From the NCBI RefSeq assembly GCF_037042905.1, contig NC_087251.1, forward strand, positions 9,858,001-9,922,000: a stretch of DNA of 64,000 nt. Direction: 5' to 3'. Both the position numbers and the translations under genes were made by a program. This DNA comes from Lytechinus pictus. Taxonomy: Eukaryota. The notes under the pieces were generated by a model. The model made no database searches, was not told the origin of the DNA, and worked only from the letters and a program-made list of their open reading frames with translations. Shown here one piece after another: positions 20,267 through 35,200 of this stretch; position 1 is the stretch's first letter; every line of letters starts with the position of its first letter.

Positions 20267-23200
20267 ATGCCTGGTAAAGTTAATAGTCAGGATATATATC
20301 ACCTTGCCCATGCAGGATATGCGCAAAAATTGAACGAATATTTGTCGAAAAATGCGAATAAATCAAACATCAACGAGTTCTCCAAGGACGGAGCTACACC
20401 TTTGATTTTGAGCGTACAGGGGTCTCGAGTTGACCCCGCAGCTCCGGGGACGAGCCACGTCGAGTGCTGTGAACTCCTTCTCAGCCATGGGGCTAATCCA
20501 AATTTATCGGATAAATTGGGAAGAACTGCCCTTCACTGGGCGGTCTTCTACAAGAAACCAGAGTTTGTCAAAGTTTTATTGAAAGAGGAATGTGACATCA
20601 CTAAAGAAGACAAGAAGGGACAGAATGTGATGCAATTTGCAATAAGAATGAATGCTGCCAAATGTTTGCAACTTATTTGTGAGACCATGACCGATGAAAA
20701 GGTAAGTTCTTTCAAGTTGTAATATCACTTCTTAGCATTTTAATGAGTAATATATACCAAGAAGTTTAATAAAAATATGAATTGAGATGTCTCTTCATTT
20801 ATCAATTTCAGCTCATTCCACTCTTTGGATTGTTTAACTGTGGAATGGAAATCATTGTGTTTATGCATTCTTACCTTTCACTTGATTCTTGAATGTCTTC
20901 ACTTTTAAACGCAAGGTTATTGTAGATTTTGTACTATGATTTTGATATAAAGCTTGAGTTCAATAATATTTTTAATGTTCTGTATAATATTTTTTTTTAA
21001 TGTAAGAGCATCATTTCTTATAGGCCTACGTGTATTTGTAAGAGATCAGATTATTTGTTTAATACCAACTTAGTTGTTCCTGTCTGTATGTTCTTCCTCT
21101 ACATGGAAGTATTTTAAATATATGCCAATAATTTTCCAGATCATGATCTATCAGTTTGTTATCAGACCTTTCATACCATGCTAATTGCAAGCAATTGTCT
21201 AAAATAAAATCACAAGAAGTAAGAATGAACTTGCATATCAGGAAAAAAAACATAATATGTACTTTGGTTTCTTGGAATTTAACACATTTTTTTGCTCGAA
21301 GAATAATTTTTTAGTCGTGCTGAGCCTTACAAAATATTAATCACCCAAATGTATCTGTGCAGGATCTGCTGCTAATGATATGCCTTTGAGGGGCTGTTGA
21401 TCAGGTCTTTTTTTTTTCATCTTATGTGAACCAAACTATCAGATTTTGTCCAAGCCAAGTACATCTGTTGGTACCCCTCTCATCCAAGCAACCAAACTAG
21501 GCCATCAAGAATGTTGTCAGATCCTTCTCCAATCTGGAGCTAATATAGATATCCAGGACCAGGCCTATTTTGATAAGACAGCTCTTCTTATTGCTACTGA
21601 ACTCAACAATCCAGATATTGTGGAGATGCTCATCAAGTAAGCAATCTCACTTATTATGAGAATTAGTTTTATATTTTCAACAGTACGTATATTTAATGAA
21701 TTATGCTTTACTTTACAGAGGTTTTTATTGTCAACTACTGTGGGATTAAATGAATTATTTATATTGGTTCATAGACTTGCAACATACATGTTTGGCACAA
21801 TAGATTGTTGAATAGGGCCATCAATTAAAAGATCAAAAGGTTTATGACAAAATAAATATTACAAACTATATTTTTGCTTATCTTGAATACAAGTTAAATG
21901 CATTGGTGATGAAAGTTGATTGAAAAAAAAACTATGACAGTATCTAACCAGGGGCGGATCCAGGATTTTCAATAAGGGGGGGGGGCATTTTTGTACAGGA
22001 AAAATTTGACAAGCAAAAAAAAAAGGCCTTAGTAGCATACATGTATGATATATTCCTCTAAAAATATTTTTGGCGCCTCTCAAAAGGGGGGCACGGGCCG
22101 GATGTGCCCCCCCCCCCCCTGGATCCGCCACTGTATCTAACTGTACTTATGTACTTCTAAGTAAAACATGAAAGTGTATTTTTCATTATCATGGATTGCA
22201 AATGGCTGCCACAGCTTCTGTACATGTACAAGTGAAGACCAGTTAATTTAATGCCATTAATACATTGAAATAAACATGAGTTGATTAGAAATTTGACATT
22301 AAGTTTATTTGTGTGAAGAATCATTTTAAAAGCTATTAATTACTTTCCAAAATTAATTATATATTTTCAGGAAATTCCTGTTATGATGTATTCATACAAC
22401 ACAAGATCCATATGTTTTACATATCTTCCTTATTGATTGGTTTGAACTCCTAAACATTAATTAAATTGATTTTATTCCACTTTTTATGTTTTAATCAGAT
22501 AAGTAAAGATCTATGTTTGATGAATTGATTTGAATGGGATTCAGTCAATAAATGAACTCAACCAATAATTGAAACCAATATCATTACATCTATTATTAGA
22601 TAGTGAATATTGATGAATGCTACATGTAATCCATTTATCAAATTGGGCTGTCACCCTTTGCATGAATTGTTAATTCTTTCAGTTTTCAACCATTCTAATC
22701 AGATCATAATATCATTGATTTTCATATTATTAAGTGATCTGGCCCAGTTACAGTGCTACATGTATTCATTAATTATTGATAGTTTTCATATTTTAGCAAC
22801 TTAGTATGCCATAATTAATTGGCATGGGTGTGTTAGTGAATTTGTGTATATCAGTAGTGGGAAGCAAGCACATCTAAAATATAACAATAACATAAATTGC
22901 ATCTATGGAGTAGAAATTTAGAAAAAAACTTGAAGAAAAGTCCAACAATATTTAGCATAAACTTTCAAATAGCCTCAGCAATTTTATTAATATTTACTAA
23001 GTATTGTAGAGTGGCCAAAGTATTAGCCTACACACTACACCTCTACATCATTTAATTTGAGATTTTATTCCTTAAATGCACTGAGGACTTGAAACGGCAG
23101 CAATGAGCTAAAGACGGGTTAATATAAAAGTGCACCTCAGAATGGATTGTATCTTGAGAGATGGAACAATGTTATCAATGTCTAATATTATGAAGTATTT

Positions 23201-26200
23201 GTATAGATATTGATTATTTTGATCTCCTTTGCCAGATTTAGCTTGAAATTTAAATAACTTCTATTTTGAAAAAAAAAGTTTTTATATGCACACATTCTAG
23301 TTAAGTTGAAATTCCAGATAAAGTGTATAATTCCAACAATAAGAAATGAAACCCTTGATAAGTGATACATAGAATTGACTAGAAATACCTGATATGAATT
23401 CATCAACCATCCTGTACACCTATAATGGACTATTCTCCTCTTCATCATTCTAATTACTTGTCCATCTCATTACTCAGAGCCCTATAACTGAAGTATGGGC
23501 AGTGCGCCAGAGTGAATAAACTTACTATAAATTTTTAATGTAAATTTGCATTACCATATTAATTAGGGCATAGACCTAATGGACATTTTGACAGAGAAGT
23601 ATTGACCTGAAACGTTTAGCTGGATGGAAAAAAATGCAAACGGTTTAATTTATCTTTTTGATTGTAATTGTGATGTTTCTATATATAAGAGACAACTTTG
23701 TGTGAAAAATATTGCAAGTATATTATAGACTTGTGTCTCATTTTTCAATCCAACTCTAAAATATTTCCCTTTTCATTACTCTTCCTTCTCCTACACCCGG
23801 GGGGGGGGGGGGGCACTCACATATATGGGTGGTACGGGGACGTTCCGCTTTGATGACCCCCTTTTTCAGACCTAATTTTCAGTTCTCTAGATCTCCTCCT
23901 CCTCCTCCTACTTCTTCCACTTGGACCTCTTCCTCTTGCACAGTGTTGCATGTGGTTCATTCCAAACTCCCTCCGTGCTATATTTAACAAATTCATTCAC
24001 TTTTACTTCTAGATTTTCTGCTTTCCAAGAAGAAACAGGGGAGAGGGAATGATATGTAATTTAATCAAAAGCATGAATCATTATTAAAGCTCTCTCATGT
24101 GAATTATCACAATCAATTGTAACACATTACAGATATGATGCCAATATCCAAGCTGAAGATGCCCAAGGCAACACCTGCTTGCACCTGTCCTGTACCCTTA
24201 CCAGTCCAAAATGTCTGGAGCTAGTCCTGCAGGGGTGTAAAAAGGCTCCTGACCTGGTAGGAAAGAGGAACAAGGCAGGACTGACACCACTCATGGTAGC
24301 ATGCCAGCAGGGTCTAGAGAAACATATAGAACTTCTTCTTAAATATGTAAGTAATTTTTTAACATTTATCTTATGAGCAAGATATTATTTATAGTCACAC
24401 TATCCTTTGGCTTGATGGCTTCACCTAATTATTCTTGTTCTTTGTTCATGCAAAAAAAGGTATTAAACAAAATAATAGGACAGTTGTAAAGGGAAAGAGT
24501 ATGAAAAGATATTGATCGTTAAGATTTCTACCCCTTTCCTTAGAAATTATCACAAAATGTATTAACTATTCCTTTTTATCAATAATTAAGTCAGTAACAT
24601 TGTCATTTTCACTCTTTTTCATTTATAGTATTAGTGCTATGAAAACTGCTATTTGTTTGTAAGATTGCTCTGGAAGTTATTGTCAAAAATGTATGACAGA
24701 TATAAAAATGATTGAAAAAAAAGAATATTTCATGAATGTCATGAAAAATGACTATTCATTATTAAGCGAAGGTTACTCATTTAACTTCACCATTAAGGAC
24801 ATGGCTTTAATAGCTTTCAAATGGCCTTGTAGATATATTAATAATAAGAGTTTCTTTGGAATTAATGAATGAGGTTATTACTGTCTGTCCATTTGCTGCA
24901 AAAACAATTAATTATGGATGGGTTCGGTCAAGCCTTTTGTGTGTTGGCTTTTGTTTGTAAATTGTCAAGTACAGTGGTTTTTTTGTATGTAGACACTAAT
25001 AATAAATATGGCAATTTTCTTCATTAAATAAAGTTGTTGCTGACAAATTGTTTGTGTCACAAATCTATCAATTGTTAAAATAAACAAAGCATTTTAAGAT
25101 TCCAGACAATTATTAATGAGAACCATTTACATGCATCATTTTGTCAACATATTCAGTTTGAGAAATGTGAATGATTGCACTCTAAAAATGACAAACCACA
25201 CGCATGTAACCTAGTTATAACCGCAGTGTCCCAATTTCATCTGACCACAGTCTATGGCTGTCATTGCATGAATATGACTCTTTATTGATGCTTTTTAATA
25301 TATTCATTAGTCAATTGAACATTTATTGAGTGTAATAAATAATGCATTCATGACAGCTGCAATTTGTACCTTGAATTTTTTTATTATTATTTGTTGATGG
25401 CAGCAATGGAGGTAAAAGTAATTGGTCATTGCCAATGAGAAGTTGATGTCATTGAGATATTCATCATTTCAAGTACATGTACAGTTATAACTAGAAATTT
25501 ATCATAAAAATAGAACGTCTTAATCAGGATATGTAAAAGTAGAAGAATGTATATTTTAGTATTTTACCCATCCAATGTTTGTTTAGATTCTAGTATGAAG
25601 GAAATTGACAATATGAGGAGTCAAATATTTAGAATAAATTGAAAAAATAGAAGTAGGGATTTGTAAAGAATATAGCAAAAATAATAGGGGTGTAATCCCA
25701 AAAGAATACAAAAGGGAAACATAGAAATTGGCGTGTGGATCATTTGACACCAACTGCTCACTTAAAGGACAAGTCCACCCCAACAAAAACTTGATTTGAA
25801 TAAAAAGAGAAAAAATCAACAAGCATAACACTGAAAATTTCATCAAAATCGGATGTAAAATAAGAAAGTAATGACATTTTAAATTTTTACTTCATTTCAC
25901 AAGACAGTTATATGCACATCTCGGTCGGTATGCAAATGAGGGAACTGATGACATCACTCACTCACTATTTCTTTTGTATTTTATTATATGAAATATGAAA
26001 CATTTTGATTTTCTCGTTATTGTCATGTGAAATGAAGTTTCATTCCTCCCTGAAGACGTGGAATTCCAATATTTTAACATTTTGTGCTTCAGGCAAGGAG
26101 GTCCTAATCATCAAATTCATAAAAATTGAAATATTGTGTAATACAAACAATAAAAAACAAAAGAAATAGTGAGTGAGTGACATCATCGACTCTCTCATTT

Positions 26201-29200
26201 GGATGTAACTGGCTCGTTCATATAACTATTTTGTTAAAAATAAGCGAAACTTTGAAATGTCATAACTTTCTTATTTTACATCCGATTTTGATGAAATTTT
26301 CAGCATTGTGCGTGTCTGATTTTTCTCTATTGATTCAAATCAACATTTTTCTGAGGTGGACTTGGCCTTTAATACACAAATTTAAAGTATGAATATTCAT
26401 ATCTAAAATATTTTGTCTGAAGTAATTTATGTTTTTACTTCTTATTTTATAAATATTTTATTAATTCATTATGTAAGTAATTGTGTTGTGTATCATTTTG
26501 AATGTAATTGATTTCAATTAAATAGGAATCACCTGCTAGCATCCAGGATGAGCAAGGTAAAACTGCTCTCCATTACGTTACCGGGAAAGGACTAAAATCA
26601 TCTGCAGAGCTCCTTGTAGCCACAGACTCTGGTCTACCATGGACTCAAGATGCAGAAGGACGTACACCGCTTCATCTGGCAGTCATTGAGGGCAAGAAGG
26701 ACCTTGTTGAATTCTTGATTGAGAAGAGTGGTGTAAATGCACAGGATAACCAAGGACATACTCCCATTCATTGGGCTGTTGGTAAGATAATGTACTTAAT
26801 AAGGCTCAGTGTTATGGGCATTAGGTATAATTATAGATGCAATCATTTGTTACATTTCATTGTGACAAGGAGTAATAATTAAAAATGTTCTTAAAGGTCA
26901 TGTACACATACAATTAGTTCTTTTAATAGACAGAAAAATAATCATAATAAGCTTGAAACCTCTTAAATCCAAACAGAATCAGATGTCACCTAAAAAGTTA
27001 TAAAATTTGTAATTTTTTGCTTCATGTTTTATTGAAATATAATACCACAATACATATAATTGACAGAGATGACTATGTCTTTTGTATTTTATTATAATTA
27101 AGGAATGTCAAATTTTCTTTTTTGTAGACTTGATAAGTAAAGATGTCTTTGATTGAATCAAAAATTTCATATGGCAGTTCTACATTGTCAAGATGATGTC
27201 GAACCACATTTTACAATTTACATTATTTTAGTTTCAATGTTTTTATCAAAATGTGACTTATCTCAGGAAACTGAAACATTCAATTCAACATTTCATAAAA
27301 TGCAATTTCATTCTTTGTTCAAAAATATAATTAGTATATGGGTTGCATGTGTACTTTTACAATAATCTGCTAGATACAAGAGGAAATGAAATGTTATCAT
27401 CTTTTAATATTAAAGTGCACACCATTGAAGAAGTTAAAGGGGAAATCATTTAAGGCCCATTTACTGTAAGAGATAACCTGATTTAATAGTTCAATTCACT
27501 TGATCAATATTTGTGATTCCTATGACAAATATCAACAAAGTTAAAGGGTATTATGTGATTGTTGAGCAATATAGTGAAATAACTGACCAACTTTTAATCA
27601 TGTGTCTACATAGCAATATTAATGTGATTATAATTGCCTCTATGTATACATGTAAGGCAATATTGATCTGAACTTATACTGTGTAATGTGCTTAGATGAG
27701 TCATTGATAAGGCTATATGATTAACAGATGAAATATATGATAAATGAGATATTAACCTAACATGTTAAGTCTTTAGAGCATAATCACTAATCTTCTTGTG
27801 CTATAAGTAACTTGTTGATCATTATAATATACAAGTTCTCTTTTACTTAGTGTAAAATATAGATCAGGCTTGTGATATTTAAGAAACATATATACTCGTT
27901 TCTCATCAGAAGGAAAAAAATGATAATATAAAACATTTAGTTATATAATTGTAGGTCTTTTACTGTTAGATATTTCTTTATAATTATGTAGTTTATTCCC
28001 TTACCGCACAAGCAAATGGAATTTGAATTTATGATTATGATACTACATGTACTCTTGCATTAATTTATCATAAGGACTGGATAATTGATTTTATACAAAT
28101 TGAACCATTTATTGTACAGCTGTATGTATCTATTTCTTTCTCGCTTTGAAAATTTAGTTTGTGGTGTCCATGACCTGATTGAAACCCTGGTTGATCATGG
28201 AGGTGATCCGTCCCTGATTGATGACCACGGTGCTAGCCCCTTACACTATGCTGCACAAATGTGTGGGGATCCAGCTGTGTCAGAAATTGGTATTTTATGC
28301 CTGAAGGTAAGTAATATAATTTGCTTACTTAATTATTCATCAAGTATATTCATATTCTCTGTGTTAATTTAGCAAGCATTATGCTTGCCTTTAAGACTAT
28401 ACCAATGTACTGGTATATTCATCATTTCTTAGAATTTTGACATTTGAAATTAAATAGAATAATGACATAGATTTTATGGTTTTTGATCATGCCTATTTCA
28501 CAAGTATCTCAATGTTACATTCTCTTCTGATGATCATATCAAGATAAATATATGCAAAATTGATGATATGATTGGTCCAATACTCTTGTTGTGAAAATTG
28601 ATATTTTATTCTTATTTTTAAATAATATTCAATATTTTTATGGTACTCTTGTCCATTAAACATTCGTGAATACAGTTCTTACCAATCCCCTTAAAGCCCA
28701 ACACAATTCTTGGATCGTATATATGTATTTACATTTTTCATTTCAATATTCTTTCATTTAAAGGCTTTAATCAAGCGAGGAGCCAAGGTAAATGCCATAG
28801 ATAATGGACATAAGACACCTCTTCTGTGGGCATCAAGTGCAGGAAGCAGTGAGGCTTGTAAGTTGCTCAAGGAAGCAGGAGCTGATGCTACATTAGCTGA
28901 TCTTGATGGACTTACAGGTATGAGATGAAATCTATATTGGTTTGTTATATTTTACAAGAAAATGGAAAGGATATTTCATCCGTCTCAATGTATAAGGTCC
29001 TTTTGCATGCTTTTTACCCATGTTATCATAAAATCTCAGCCTTTTGCAGCACAATAAATGATCAAAAGTTACAATTTAAGAAGTTTTGTTTACAATAATT
29101 ATGTATATGGAAAATGAAGAGTACGTTTGGTTTACTTGTTAGCTTATGCTGTAGAAGAAAGTAAAAACATCAAAATATAATTTGAAATTGTAATTGTATA

Positions 29201-32200
29201 TTTGATTTCAGCTCTTCATTGTGCAGTGACATGTGACCATCCATCCTGTGTAGAGACACTCCTGAAGGAATGTGATGCTGCCGTAGACGTACCAGATAAA
29301 AATGGTTGTACACCTCTCTTTTATGCTGCTTCCATGGAACAACTAGGGAATGTCCAAACGTTACTGGAGAGTGGAGCTTCTCCCAACCACACTGATAATA
29401 AGGGAAAGAGGTAAGCTTGAATTATATTCTCAATGAATTTGGCATATTTTAATAATTGTAACGAACTTACAGATACATGAAATAAAAATAGCCGACAAAT
29501 TAATGAGAAACTAATCAACCTTTTTTCGTTCATGCTATAATTCAATGATATCTGAATGAACTATAAGGGATGCTCAATCCATTATAGTGTCAACTCCCTT
29601 GATCTTGAGCTTTCACTCTTTCATTTTTCAGTCTTCTTTACTATATTACTCTTTCTCCATTCCTTGTCTTCTACCCAGTCTATCTTCTCCATACTCCTTC
29701 CTTCCCCATCTCTTCCTCCATTCCTTGTCTTCTTCCCAGTCTATCTTCTCCATACTCCTTCCTTCCCCATCTCTTCCTCCATTCCTTGTCTTCTACCCAG
29801 TCTATCTTCTCCATACTCCTTCCTTCCCCATCTCTTCCTCCATTCCTTGTCTTCTTCCCAGCCTATCTTCTCCATACTCCTTCTTCCTTCTCCATCTCTT
29901 TCTCCATTCCTTGTCTTCTTCCCAGTCTATCTTCTCCATACTCCTTCTTCCTTCCCCATCTCTTCCTCCATTCCTTGTCTTCTACCCAGTCTATCTTCTC
30001 CATACTCCTTCTTCCTTCCCCATCTCTTTCTCCATTCCTTGTCTTCTTCCCAGTCTATCTTCTCCATACTCCTTCTTCCTTCCCCATCTCTTCCTCCATT
30101 CCTTGTCTTCTACCCAGTATATCTGTTTCTTATTTTACATCCTCGACTTCACTATTAACATACCATCACCCCCTTTCTATCAGTTTTGTATAACCTCAGT
30201 CCCTGTCCTTTTATAGTGAATCTTCTTTTTCCTTTTTAGCCCAATGCATTGTGCTGCTGGAGCAGCCTCCCTGGATGCTCTACGGCTCCTACAGGAGCAT
30301 GATGGCTCCATGAACCAAGCTGGATCTGAAGGAGAGACTCCTTTTCATGAGGCCCTTCAGAAGGGAGATCTGGGTCAGTTAACTCGGTTGTGGATATTAT
30401 TATTATCATTATTATTATTATTATTCCTCTAAACAGGATCAAGTCCGTATTATCATTAGCATTATTATTATTATTATTGTTGTTATTATTATTATTGTTA
30501 TTATTTTTATTTTTTTCATTTTTATTATTATAATTGTAAGTGTTATCTTCTTCTTCATCACTATTATGCCATTCATTCACTTTTCAAACATGTACCTTTA
30601 TGATTGAGATGCACTTTTCAATGTCAAGGGACAATTTGTTCATATTAATCAGGTCCAGCCAGATTAGACAAGAGTTTAGAGGGCTCCTGCAGGAACAAAA
30701 CTGCAGAACTCTTATAAGGTGGATCTGCCACTAAATAAAGACGAACTTGAACTTGTTAGTTAGATATATAGGGTGCACCCAGTCTTGCAAATAAGTTCCA
30801 TATTCTCTTTCATTTGGTTTGTTTTGTATCTATAGACATTATAAAGTTCATGATTGAGAATGGTTGTAAGCCAGGGAGTCCTGATAAGAATGGCCGTACA
30901 CCACTCCACATAGCAGCAGTGAATGCCAATGTAGACTTATGTAGATACCTGGTGGATCTCAAAGCAAACATTGATGCTTTCTACAAGAGTGATAATGTAA
31001 GTACTAGTCATTTTGGAATAATCAATATTACAATGGTGATATTGTGAAAAGACCCCTTCTCCTGTACCTCCATCTCCCTCAGATTTGACAATATTTCAAC
31101 ATGGATCACAGTGTTAAAACCAGGGCATTGAGTGCCCATTCCCACCACGATTGTTGTGAAAATAATAATCTTTGTGAATTAATAGCATGTGATTTACCAA
31201 TTTTTGTCAATGTACTTTGATGGGGATTGTTTCTATGTAATGTATTCGTACACAATTTGGAAATTGCCTCTGAATGTGGTCAGTCAGTTAAGAGTCAGCA
31301 TGTGTGAAGCATTTAGATATGACAAGCTTAGTATAATTGTAATCAACAAACTTCAGATCTTAAAGAAAAGTCTTTAATACATTTATATTATCATTCATAA
31401 AACTATTAATTTTTATTATGTTTTCCAGGGCTTACAGATGACTCCCCTAGACTGTGCCTGGGATAGTGGTGCAGTGTCCTGTATGGACTATCTCGCTTCC
31501 ATCGGAGCAAAGAGAGGGAGAGAGCTTGATCACAAAAAGACCATTAACCCAACCAATAACTTATTGAATCCTCCACATCCTAGCTATACAACCAAACAGG
31601 ATAAGTCCAATGTTAGTGGACCAAAGACTGTGAATAGAACTACCAGTAGAGATGAGAAACAAGACAAAGAGGGTACTAAAGACCAGAAAGAAGATGATGT
31701 TAGGACATCTCCGAGGAATGAAGCATCCATTATTGAGAAGAGTCCTTACATGAAAGCTCCACATTCTAGTTATGATCATGCAGAGAGGAGGAATGAAGAA
31801 GAACAAAGAGAAGCAGAAGAGAGGAAGAGGTTGAGGTCAGCATCTGTTGAAAAGAAAATGGCTGATTGGGAGAGTTACATCAAAGGTATGCAATAATGTC
31901 TTTCTAAAATTCAACTCATTTGTTTGTTTTTATATTCTGAAAAGTATTGTTTATTATCTTGATTTGTAGATTGATTTCTTTTACATTTCAAAACATAAAT
32001 ATGCAGCCATGAGATCTTTAAGAAATAAAGGTTCAGGCTGCAGTTTTATATTTTTACACTCAAAAGATTCAATGCTTTTTCAAAATGCCAATGGAGTATT
32101 TCTACTCAGAACTTTAGGTCTTACATTAGGCCAAGAGAAAAAGTGTGCAATTTTAAGACTTCATTTTACTTTTAGATGTAATATTCTACAATAGAAAATA

Positions 32201-35200
32201 TGTTTGATTTGATAGACATTAATTTCAAGATAATTGGTATATTTTCAGAATAATATATTTTTTCCTGATTTTATGATGATCTATGGTGCCCAGAAAACTG
32301 TTATTATGTGGTTTGTACAGGGAACTCCACTTGTGCAAAATTATTAATATCAAGTGATTGCTTTATCATTCTCCATTCAGAACATGTCAACTTTTTGGAT
32401 GACTTGTTAGAAGTGGAACACGAGAGGCTTGAATCAATTCAATCTCATGCCATCGAAGAGAAGGAATCTCTTGTGAAGAAACTTGAAGAAATAAGAGAAG
32501 AAATGGAAAAGAGAGTAGAGAAGAAAAACTCAGAAGCTGAGAAACTTAGGGTAAGTCAGATGAAATAAAGTGGTGTTGGATTGGTTACATTAAAGTAGTT
32601 ATAGTTATAGTTATAGTATGAATGATTATTATCATTTTGACATCATCTGAATCTTCACCTTGTCCATGAGATTGATGGTAAATATATTTTCTCTCAATAT
32701 TTTTGATATTTTCAGGGAATTTTTTTCCCTCTGAAGAATGGTGACATTGAATGTCTAATATTGATCATAAATTTTTATTGTGAATGATTTTCTTTAAAAA
32801 AGACGAAAATACTTCTCGTTTTCAGGTATGAGAAATCAGTATTTTATGATCTATGTTATGACATGGAGATTGACCAAATTTAAAGAATCAGATGATTATT
32901 TCTGTTTCATTCTCATTCTTTTTTATGACAGGAAGAGAAAAGAAAACAGGCTGCAGAGGAGAAGAGACTGATGGATGAACGATGGAAGAAGATACAACAA
33001 CATTATTTAGTATGTCTACATTTATTCCTGTTAGTGAATATTGAAAAAAAAAATCATTGTTGAAATAATGTTACCTAGTATTTTAGAAATCTGAATATGA
33101 ATAACTTACAAAGCACGAAGATTAGATAATCATTGCTTTTGTATTACTTAGTGAATAATATTATATACAGTATATGAAAAGAATCTTTTTATCCAAAAAT
33201 TATTCTGATTGTTTTTGCCATCAGAAATTTCCTTGAAGTTTAAACACACAAATTAATAAGTTAAGTGAGATGTATTAAATATTCAAACACAAGATATAAA
33301 ACTTAAGAAATAAATTAAAAGATTGAAATAAGAAATTTAGTATAATGCCACATGTGTATACATTGAAGTACTAACATTTAATCTGCAGATATTCTAGAAT
33401 GAAAAATTAGTGTTGAAGAAGTTAAATTAAAGTCTTAGGTACATGTACAGGTAACTCTGCCTAGGTCAAATCTCTTGGGACCAGAGAAGTAAGTTTGACT
33501 TAAGCAAAATTCGACTTAAAAAGAGGTATATAAACATGATTTGAATAATCTGGCCTAAAAAAATTGCTTTGACTTTGGGCGATTATTTGACTTATGGAAG
33601 GTTGACTTAGGGAGAGTTACCTGTATATTGTTTATACTTTAGGACCTATATTCATTATCAATGAAAACCATTTATCATCATTGTTTCTCAATCCTTCTAC
33701 AATGTTACTTGTTCCTTTATAGAACATTGATAGCAAAGTAAGTGATCAGATAACGATTCATCGCCAAGCAACTCAGACCTTGGACACCAAGATGACCAAG
33801 TTTGAGAAAAAGAGAATCAGGAGAGAGAAGACTGACATGGAAGTATCATCTAGAAAGTCACCTTCAAGGAATTCTAACAGTGATGAGTAAGTTACTCAAA
33901 TTTGATAAAGGTTATCACCTTTGATGTACATACAAGATGTTTACTAGGGATAATTGTAACTTGTTTTAGGTTTTCAAACTTTTGAATATTCATCAGCCAG
34001 TTTTATCCATTCTTGTTTTATAGATTGAATTACATTTAAGTTGACAATCTCCTCACCATAAGTGGTAGGAAATATGACTTCTTAGTTAACTAATTTATAT
34101 GATTGCCAACAATTATGAAGCCTCTGTAGCAAACTAATCCTATCATGAATATGAATTTTACATAGCTCATTGGCTGATAAATACTCAAAATAATATTAAT
34201 CACCAGTGACTTGCAGCAATAACCTGTGGAAATAGTATTGATATATCTTATAGTATGTAATTTAGATGTCTATTAAATACTAATGGGATATTTTAAAACC
34301 TTATTCAGATCTTACATGCAATTCCAGTATATATTTTCTATTAACTTCTATATAGATATACATCATACTTTTTAGATTATTTAGTGAAAATTCATTATAT
34401 GTTTCTATTCACTGTTATATGAAGACACATCATACTTTGATTATTCAATACATTTCTCTCTATTTTTTTTTCAGCCCTGAAAGGATTCAGAAGCATGCGG
34501 ACTGGTTAAAGCGAAAGAATAAGGAGTACTTGGAGAAGAAAAATGCAGTGAAAGTACAAGCACATGTGAAAGTTGACAGTGCTGTTCTCAATGCTCATCT
34601 TAAAAGTAAGATTACCACAATTTATTTTCAAAAGATAAAAATGGTATATAATGGTAAATGAAAGTATGTGTTTTTACATCTCTCTTTTATTATATTACAT
34701 TCCATTACCTGCTCATAATATAATGAGTAGAAATATGGTACTTAAATGTGAAGACAGAAAATTGAATTTCAATTCCAGCACACACACAAAAAAAATTGTG
34801 AAAAAATTTGAGTTTACTGGTTTGTCCATCTTAAATTCATCAGAGTTAAACAAGGAAAACAATGAAGGGTCACTTTCTCAGTCTTTGAAGGTTGAACATG
34901 ACTAGTTTTGTTGCTGTTTTTTCACTGTGAACTCTCAAATAGTAAATGGTAAAATTGTACAACACCTACTTAGCTTGTTGTACGCGAGCAAATGGGAGGC
35001 TGAATGTCAAACATTCGTACCGTTGCACACAAGACGCACGGCTTTAGGAGGTGACGTCACAATACAATTTAATTCATTGCGCTCAGTAAAAATGAAGGTG
35101 CAGGTGCAATACGTGTAGAAGCCAGCTGGCTAAATGCGCAATGCTGCCTCGGGTCATGTGCGCTTTTGGGATTTTGCCTTTCGCTTTCAATATTTTTGCT

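Noticed and set aside
29556-30216. Three overlapping 135-209 aa ORFs
   Set aside because: Artefact of a stop-free pyrimidine minisatellite within an intron.
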